The position numbers and the translations under genes were made by a program. The notes beneath the pieces are model-generated. The model was not told the origin of the DNA. It saw only the letters and a program-made list of their open reading frames with translations, and did no database searches. From Clostridia bacterium (GTDB lineage: Bacteria > Bacillota > Clostridia > Oscillospirales > CAG-272), in assembly GCA_017461765.1 (NCBI GenBank), contig JAFTXO010000014.1:10926-74925 (forward strand): 64,000 nt of DNA, in the 5' to 3' direction. Shown here one piece after another: positions 18,888 through 23,556 of the stretch. Numbering within the stretch: position 1 is the stretch's first letter; the number at the start of each line of letters is the position of its first letter.

Positions 18888-19643
18888 TTATGCCAAATAA
18901 TACGACACTCTGTCAAGAATTCTGTTCAAATTATCTACCATAGACACCATTCCGCCTATTCGTACATTTCCGAGCCCTACTGCGGATACAGCGTTTACTT
19001 TTCCGTCAAAAAGCGCACGCGCTAAATTTATATCGGCAAATTCCATATAAGATGTATAATCATCAATATGCAAATGTACTGTTTTGAGCTTGTGATCATC
19101 ACATACGATATATGCACTTTCCTCGCCCTTTATAGTGATCCTTGCAATGCCGTCAACTATATTTGATGCGCTAAACATTCCGACCTTATCCTGATTTCCT
19201 ATCTGCGACATAGCCTCTGTTATCACGTAGAACATTACCAAGGTGCTTGTTTTAAAGAATTTTTCATCCTTCAGATCATCTTCGCTTGCTCTTAAATATT
19301 TTGATAAAAGATCCGTCAACGGAATAAATTTTTTAAGTAAAAAACCGATTTTGGTAAAGCCCTTTGAGGGAATTGGTGTCACTGTGCCGTCTATCATTCC
19401 GTTAAATTTTTCAGGCTTTGAGAAAGAAAGCTTTATATTGCATTTCTCTATTCCTTCAACCATTTTGCATTCGCCTTTATCAAATATAAGAGTAGCTCTC
19501 GGTCCGTTTTTGACCGAAAATCCTATAGATATTTCATCGTTTTCTATCAATCTTCTTGCCTCATCGCATTCTTGGCAAAGTTTAGGAATTGCGCCTAAAA
19601 TGGCAAAAAGATTTATGTATGAGAGTGTTCTGTTATCCTTCAT
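18888..19643 (-). CDS. Hypothetical protein with a C-terminal SCP2-like (sterol-carrier/lipid-binding) region
   Basis: C-terminus LARALFDGKVNAVSAVGLGNVRIGGMVSMVDNLNRIL resembles the SCP2 helix-strand signature. Co-oriented with the aminotransferase start and 11 nt upstream of it. The functional call is weak. Confidence 0.4.
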   Translation of the reverse strand: MKDNRTLSYINLFAILGAIPKLCQECDEARRLIENDEISIGFSVKNGPRATLIFDKGECKMVEGIEKCNIKLSFSKPEKFNGMIDGTVTPIPSKGFTKIGFLLKKFIPLTDLLSKYLRASEDDLKDEKFFKTSTLVMFYVITEAMSQIGNQDKVGMFSASNIVDGIARITIKGEESAYIVCDDHKLKTVHLHIDDYTSYMEFADINLARALFDGKVNAVSAVGLGNVRIGGMVSMVDNLNRILDRVSYYLA

Positions 19644-19731
19644 AGCCTTTCTCCTTATTTATTTTACTGTTTTATTTTATCACTTTATCGTTTTTATGTC
19701 AAGATTTAATCAAATTTGATGCATACTATAC

Positions 19732-19760
19732 TTGACATTGAAAAAATAAAGGTTTATAAT
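19732..19760 (+). promoter_or_regulatory. Sigma-A type promoter for ppa
   Basis: TTGACA - 17 nt - TATAAT. Confidence 0.6.
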
Positions 19761-19793
19761 ATCATATAGGAAATTATAAGAGAGGTGTTATTT

Positions 19794-20366
19794 ATGAATC
19801 CTTGGCACAACTTTGATGATAACCGAATAACAGATAAAAAATTTATTGCCGTTGTTGAAATTCCAAAGGGCAGTAAAAACAAATACGAGCTTGATAAGGA
19901 AAGCGGACTTTTAAAGCTTGACAGAATTCTCTACACTTCTACTCATTATCCTGCTAACTACGGCTTTATTCCGCGTACACTCTCCGAGGACGGCGATCCG
20001 CTCGACGTTTTGGTTTTGTGTCAGGAAAGTCTTGAGCCGCTTTCAATAGTTGAGTGCTATCCTATCGGTTTGATAAATATGATAGATGATAACGAAGCTG
20101 ATGAAAAGATCGTTGCTATTCCTTTCAAGGATCCTTTCCTCAATTCATACAATGATATATCAGATCTTCCAAATCATCAATTTCAGGAGATCAAGCACTT
20201 TTTTGAGGTTTACAAATTTCTCGAGGACAAGGAAACGAGAGTTGATAAGATCTGCGGACGCGATATAGCTATTGAAACAATTGCAAGATGCAAGGAAGCA
20301 TACCTTCAAAGATTCGTTTGCAAAGATATTCATATCGAAACAGAATACAAATCGGAAAATAAATGA
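19794..20366 (+). CDS. ppa: Family I inorganic pyrophosphatase
   Basis: [36 protein letters not shown] and [10 protein letters not shown] motifs. Confidence 0.93.
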   Translation: MNPWHNFDDNRITDKKFIAVVEIPKGSKNKYELDKESGLLKLDRILYTSTHYPANYGFIPRTLSEDGDPLDVLVLCQESLEPLSIVECYPIGLINMIDDNEADEKIVAIPFKDPFLNSYNDISDLPNHQFQEIKHFFEVYKFLEDKETRVDKICGRDIAIETIARCKEAYLQRFVCKDIHIETEYKSENK

Positions 20367-20899
20367 TGAATATAGAGGCTGAGGTTATATATAATAAGCA
20401 GGCGTTTGGCGATCTTATGAAATTCAACGCTATTCCATCACTCGCTAAGGCTATATTTTATGTTGTTAGCTTTGTCTTTGCTTTAGGGCTTATGATAACG
20501 AGTATCGGACAGCAGTTTTTTCCGATCTCGCTTGTTTTATTCATATTGGTGTGTACCGTTTCTCTTCTCGCTCTGTATTCTTATTTTATAAGACCGCAGC
20601 TTGCGCTTAGAAAATTCAATGATGATATGATCGTTACAAATCATTTCGTTTTTGAGGATGACGGAGTGAAAATGTCTTCCAAGACAAAGTCAAGGCAAGG
20701 CTCATCAAAGCTCGCTTATTCAAGCTTTGTCAAGATATGTGAGACGAAAAAATATTTTTATCTGTTTGTAAACAAAACAGGTGTTCTTATAGTTACAAAA
20801 TCGGAGATCTTAAATTCGGATGAAAAGGCTTTGAGAAGCTTTTTAAATTCGAAATTTCCCGACAGAACTAAAAACAAATTAAAGAAAAAAGGCACTTGA
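20363..20899 (+). CDS. YcxB-like membrane protein (two TM helices plus a bacterial PH-like domain)
   Basis: Two TM helices followed by [10 protein letters not shown]...[19 protein letters not shown], which is the YcxB architecture. ATGA overlap with ppa. Confidence 0.55.
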   Translation: MMNIEAEVIYNKQAFGDLMKFNAIPSLAKAIFYVVSFVFALGLMITSIGQQFFPISLVLFILVCTVSLLALYSYFIRPQLALRKFNDDMIVTNHFVFEDDGVKMSSKTKSRQGSSKLAYSSFVKICETKKYFYLFVNKTGVLIVTKSEILNSDEKALRSFLNSKFPDRTKNKLKKKGT

Positions 20900-20910
20900 T
20901 GCCTTTTTAT

Positions 20911-20995
20911 GTAGGCGTGGCGGAACTGGTATACGCGTCGGTCTCAGAAGCCGATGGAGCAATCCTTGTGGGTTCAAGTCCCATCGCCTGCACCA
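20911..20995 (+). tRNA. tRNA-Leu (anticodon CAG), class II with long variable arm, CCA encoded
   Basis: Folded by hand. Acceptor GTAGGCG/CGCCTGC, D stem GCG/CGC, anticodon stem TCGGT/GCCGA with loop CT-CAG-AA, variable arm GGA-gcaa-TCC, T arm GTGGG-TTCAAGT-CCCAT, 3' ACCA. Confidence 0.9.
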
Positions 20996-21002
20996 ACAAA
21001 AA

Positions 21003-21036
21003 CAGAACTTTTGTCTACCAAAAGTTCTGTTTTTGT
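21003..21036 (+). terminator. tRNA terminator hairpin. This is copy 1 of the conserved CAACAAA..GAAC..TTTGTCTAC hairpin.
   Basis: CAGAACTTTT gtctacc AAAAGTTCTG followed by TTTTTG. Confidence 0.7.
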
Positions 21037-21047
21037 TTATCCAAGCC

Positions 21048-21170
21048 GCAGGATTGGCATATCATCGCCGCACAACGTGCGGTGTATATCATCAGCCCTT
21101 CGGGCTGTATCTCATCACGCGCCAGCGTGTATTCTCCTGCAGCTTCATGATATGCAATGCTTCGCATTGA
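21048..21170 (+). repeat. Hairpin array 1: four short GC-rich hairpins separated by TAT(A/C)TCATC spacers, the first three enclosed by a GCAGGA/TCCTGC closing stem
   Basis: Hairpins are CCGCAC-aac-GTGCGG (21068-21082), CAGCCC-ttc-GGGCTG (21093-21107), CACGC-gcca-GCGTG (21116-21129) and CAATGC-ttc-GCATTG (21155-21169). Spacers sit at 21058, 21085 and 21108. Confidence 0.6.
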
Positions 21171-21195
21171 TTTATTTGCCAAAGTGTGATATAAT
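21167..21195 (+). promoter_or_regulatory. Sigma-A promoter of cassette 1 (extended -10)
   Basis: TTGATT - 17 nt - TATAAT, with TG one nt upstream of the -10. AAAGGAG RBS at 21203-21209. Confidence 0.6.
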
Positions 21196-21216
21196 ACTGT
21201 TGAAAGGAGTGATTAT

Positions 21217-21564
21217 ATGGCTAAAAACTATTTATTGATATATTCGGAGCAGCTCGCAATCGAGATAGAGCTACTTTGTCAAAAGATAAAAGCACCTTCT
21301 AATACTTTTTTCCAAATCCGTAAGAGTTCAAGTAGCGTTTATGCGAATATTCGTGAAGCCAATTACGGGCAAAGTAAGGCTGATATGCTTTCGAAATTCG
21401 AAATAGCTATCAAAGAGTGCAGCGAAACAGAAGGCTGGTTACAGTTGTTATATAACACAAAAGGTATTGATGAAGAAACATATAAAAACTATAGAAATCT
21501 ATGTGGTCGAATAAGACGAATGTTTATTGCAAGTTGCAGAACTTTGAAGGAGAATGCGAAATGA
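21217..21564 (+). CDS. Four-helix-bundle protein (23S rRNA intervening-sequence protein / Avd-like family)
   Basis: 115 aa. IRKSSSSVYANIREANYGQSKADMLSKFEIAIKECSETEGWLQLL matches the family signature (..s..sI.aNIAEg.gr.s..df..fl.iA.gS..El...l.l). Confidence 0.7.
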   Translation: MAKNYLLIYSEQLAIEIELLCQKIKAPSNTFFQIRKSSSSVYANIREANYGQSKADMLSKFEIAIKECSETEGWLQLLYNTKGIDEETYKNYRNLCGRIRRMFIASCRTLKENAK

Positions 21565-21989
21565 TAGTTTATCATTACACAGACAAATCAAATCTTGACA
21601 ACATAATGAAGAACGGTCTTAAAGCAACCTCAAGATATGAGTCTTTTACTGAACTCAGAAAAAATGTTGTTTTCTGTTGGTTATCTCCATCTGACAATAA
21701 AATATTTTCCGATGATACGATATGCCTTGAAGTAACTGTGAATGAAAATGATTGCATAGTTGCAAGTATGGATTATATAAGCTTTGCTATGATGTATAAA
21801 TACGGGGGAGCAAAGTATGGCGGGATGAACATTCCTATAAACGAGACTGCCTCTGAATTGTTTGTAAAACTATATGATACAACTGCTATCCCTCTGTCTC
21901 AATATAGAAACGGAAATCTATTATCTCCGGAAGTGCTGGTAAAAGGAAGTATTTCTCCGGAAAACATACGAATTTACAATGACAAATAG
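21561..21989 (+). CDS. 142-aa uncharacterised protein with DarT/Tpt1-like ADP-ribosyltransferase-type motifs (hypothesis only)
   Basis: ATGA start/stop overlap with the four-helix-bundle gene. N-terminus VYHYTDKSNLDNIMKNGL (H-x-T), central VVFCWLSP, C-terminus PEVLVKGSISPENIRIY. No search or fold prediction was done. Confidence 0.3.
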   Translation: MIVYHYTDKSNLDNIMKNGLKATSRYESFTELRKNVVFCWLSPSDNKIFSDDTICLEVTVNENDCIVASMDYISFAMMYKYGGAKYGGMNIPINETASELFVKLYDTTAIPLSQYRNGNLLSPEVLVKGSISPENIRIYNDK

Positions 21990-21991
21990 TG

Positions 21992-22101
21992 TATTGACCT
22001 TTTCTTCGCTTTTACCTCGTTTTTTTACCTTTTATCACGTTTAAGGCAACAAAAAAAGAACATTTGTCTACCAAGACAAATGTTCTTTTTTTGAACGATG
22101 T
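21992..22101 (+). repeat. 3' module copy A (pyrimidine-rich box, then CAACAAA..GAAC hairpin/terminator, then TTGAACGATGT)
   Basis: Starts 3 nt after the stop codon of 21561-21989. 39 of the first 45 nt are identical to 23274-23318. The hairpin AGAACATTTGTCT acca AGACAAATGTTCT (22057-22086) is flanked by A7 and T7. Confidence 0.8.
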
Positions 22102-22236
22102 GTTCCGCCACAGCGGAACGTGATGCGTACTTCGTGCGTGAGGATGCGGAACACATCACATCACTTTGCGCCCAAGGCGCAATACATCATTATGGCGAAG
22201 CCATAACATCACTGCGCGGGCGCCGCAACATCACTA
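22097..22236 (+). repeat. Hairpin array 2: GC-rich hairpins separated by ACATCA(C/T) heptamers, plus a 12-nt long-range inverted repeat
   Basis: Heptamers at 22153, 22184, 22206 and 22228. Hairpins at 22166-22182, 22191-22205 and 22213-22227. GATGTGTTCCGC (22097-22108) is the exact reverse complement of GCGGAACACATC (22146-22157). Confidence 0.6.
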
Positions 22237-22265
22237 TTTACAAACTACTAAAATTATGCTATAAT
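22237..22265 (+). promoter_or_regulatory. Sigma-A promoter of cassette 2 (extended -10)
   Basis: TTTACA - 17 nt - TATAAT, with TGc immediately upstream of the -10. Confidence 0.6.
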
Positions 22266-22289
22266 AAAATCCGGAAAGGCGGTGAACTC

Positions 22290-23273
22290 GTGGAAGAAAA
22301 CAACTTAAAGCATATTGAAGGAAAAAAGATACGCCGACAGTATTTTAATATTCCTCTGATTATTCTATATTCATTGATGCTTGCAATCCCCTATGCTATT
22401 TTTACGATTTCGTTATGCATAGGAAAGTCTGATTCTTACGAGTGGTCATCTACGCTTTGGACATCAATATGGATTTGCTTTTTCTTTTCATTACCCCTAC
22501 TTGTTCTCAGCACATTAAACAAACATTGCTTTGGAAGAATTCTTTGTGTTCTTAATAAAGAAGGGATACATTTTTCGAATAAAGGAAAGCTTCGTTGGGA
22601 AGTAATTGAAAAAATTGAATATGTCATAGATTCAAAACCAAGATACAAAAGCGATACAAAAAAAGCATTCAGAGCAATTATCTATACACAAGGCGGTAAG
22701 CATATTGTTCTCGCCAATGTGCCTCTTTATATTGTATCACGCATAAAGAAATATCAAAAAGGGCTTGAGATCAAAATTTTAGGTATAACATCATTGTTGC
22801 CCGTTACGTTGGTTATGGTGGCAATACTACTTCTGTGTCCTTTTTATGTGGTGCTGCTTCGAAATGCACCCGGCGCTTCAGTCGCTCATTTTATTGTTTT
22901 GGCGATTATTTGGCTTATCTTTGGAATTATTCGTACGCCTATATTTGATATGTATGACATACGGTATCGGTTTTGGAGCAAGGTTTTACCAAAGAAATGG
23001 CTATCATACATGATACTCGGGTGTTATTATTCATCATTTTTTGTAGTTCTCCTTATTTTGTTTTATCTTCCCAATTGGGTTGTGGTTTCTATTCTTGGTG
23101 TATATCTGGGCATAGTACAACCGCCTATGCCTTCCAAATATGGTAGCAGTCGTTTCAACTACATACTGTCATATGATAAGTTGTGGGAGATCTATATTAA
23201 TAAAGCAGATTTTTGGGAAGATCATATAGCGAAGAACAAGAAAAAAAGGGCTGAGAAAAAGAGTAAGAAATAA
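22290..23273 (+). CDS. Polytopic membrane protein with an internal bacterial PH-like segment and a Lys-rich tail; function unknown
   Basis: GTG start at 22290, 7 nt after a GGCGGTG/AAAGG RBS. The ORF-track N-terminal extension (22098-22289) covers the hairpin array and the promoter and is not coding. Two TM helices, then VLNKEGIHFSNKGKLRWEVIEKIEYVI, then about four more TM helices. Confidence 0.6.
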   Translation: MEENNLKHIEGKKIRRQYFNIPLIILYSLMLAIPYAIFTISLCIGKSDSYEWSSTLWTSIWICFFFSLPLLVLSTLNKHCFGRILCVLNKEGIHFSNKGKLRWEVIEKIEYVIDSKPRYKSDTKKAFRAIIYTQGGKHIVLANVPLYIVSRIKKYQKGLEIKILGITSLLPVTLVMVAILLLCPFYVVLLRNAPGASVAHFIVLAIIWLIFGIIRTPIFDMYDIRYRFWSKVLPKKWLSYMILGCYYSSFFVVLLILFYLPNWVVVSILGVYLGIVQPPMPSKYGSSRFNYILSYDKLWEIYINKADFWEDHIAKNKKKRAEKKSKK

Positions 23274-23381
23274 TATTGACCATTTCTTTACTTTTACCTC
23301 GAATTTTTACCTTTTAACCGCAATATTACAACAAAGAACGCACTTTTGTCTACTGACAAAGGTGCGTTTTTTGAATGATGT
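23274..23381 (+). repeat. 3' module copy B
   Basis: Starts directly after the TAA of 22290-23273. Same pyrimidine-rich box. The hairpin ACGCACTTTTGTC tact GACAAAGGTGCGT (23338-23367) is followed by T6 and then TTGAATGATGT. Confidence 0.8.
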
Positions 23382-23556
23382 TTAGCTCTCTCGCCCTAAA
23401 AATCTTTTAGGATTTTCAAGAACCCTGAGGTACGGCTGATGTTCGCTTTGCGAAGAAGATACGGTTATGAAAGACAACAAGTTTGTCGAGCTCTCGATGA
23501 ACTTTTCTGTTGATATCATAATCCCGTTAAATTCTTGAAAACAAATCACTAAACGA

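Noticed and set aside
20896-21238. ORFs 20896-21150 and 20954-21238 on the plus strand.
   Set aside because: They run through the tRNA-Leu gene, its terminator and hairpin array 1, and they have no RBS. They are GC-rich palindromes read as codons.
21217-21564. Avd-like four-helix-bundle gene as a marker of a diversity-generating retroelement.
   Set aside because: There is no reverse transcriptase ORF and no template/variable repeat pair nearby. The family also occurs outside DGRs.
21048-22236. Short repeat-spacer look of the two arrays, considered as a mini CRISPR array.
   Set aside because: The conserved unit is only 6-9 nt, there are 3-4 units per array, the 'spacers' are themselves perfect palindromes, and there are no cas genes in the window.
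22098-22289. N-terminal 64 codons of the 391-aa ORF in the track (MCSATAERDAYF...), with a repeating ITSL/IHHY pattern.
   Set aside because: The periodicity comes from the ACATCAC-plus-palindrome DNA array. The stretch also contains a near-consensus promoter (22237-22265) and an RBS with a GTG start at 22290. The coding part therefore starts at 22290.
20992-23381. Integron-like cassette array with the palindromic hairpins as attC sites.
   Set aside because: The hairpin ends (..AGAAC / GTTCT..) do not fit the RYYYAAC / GTTRRRY core sites. Each cassette carries its own strong promoter, unlike integron cassettes. No intI is present. The A-run/T-run flanks fit bidirectional terminators.
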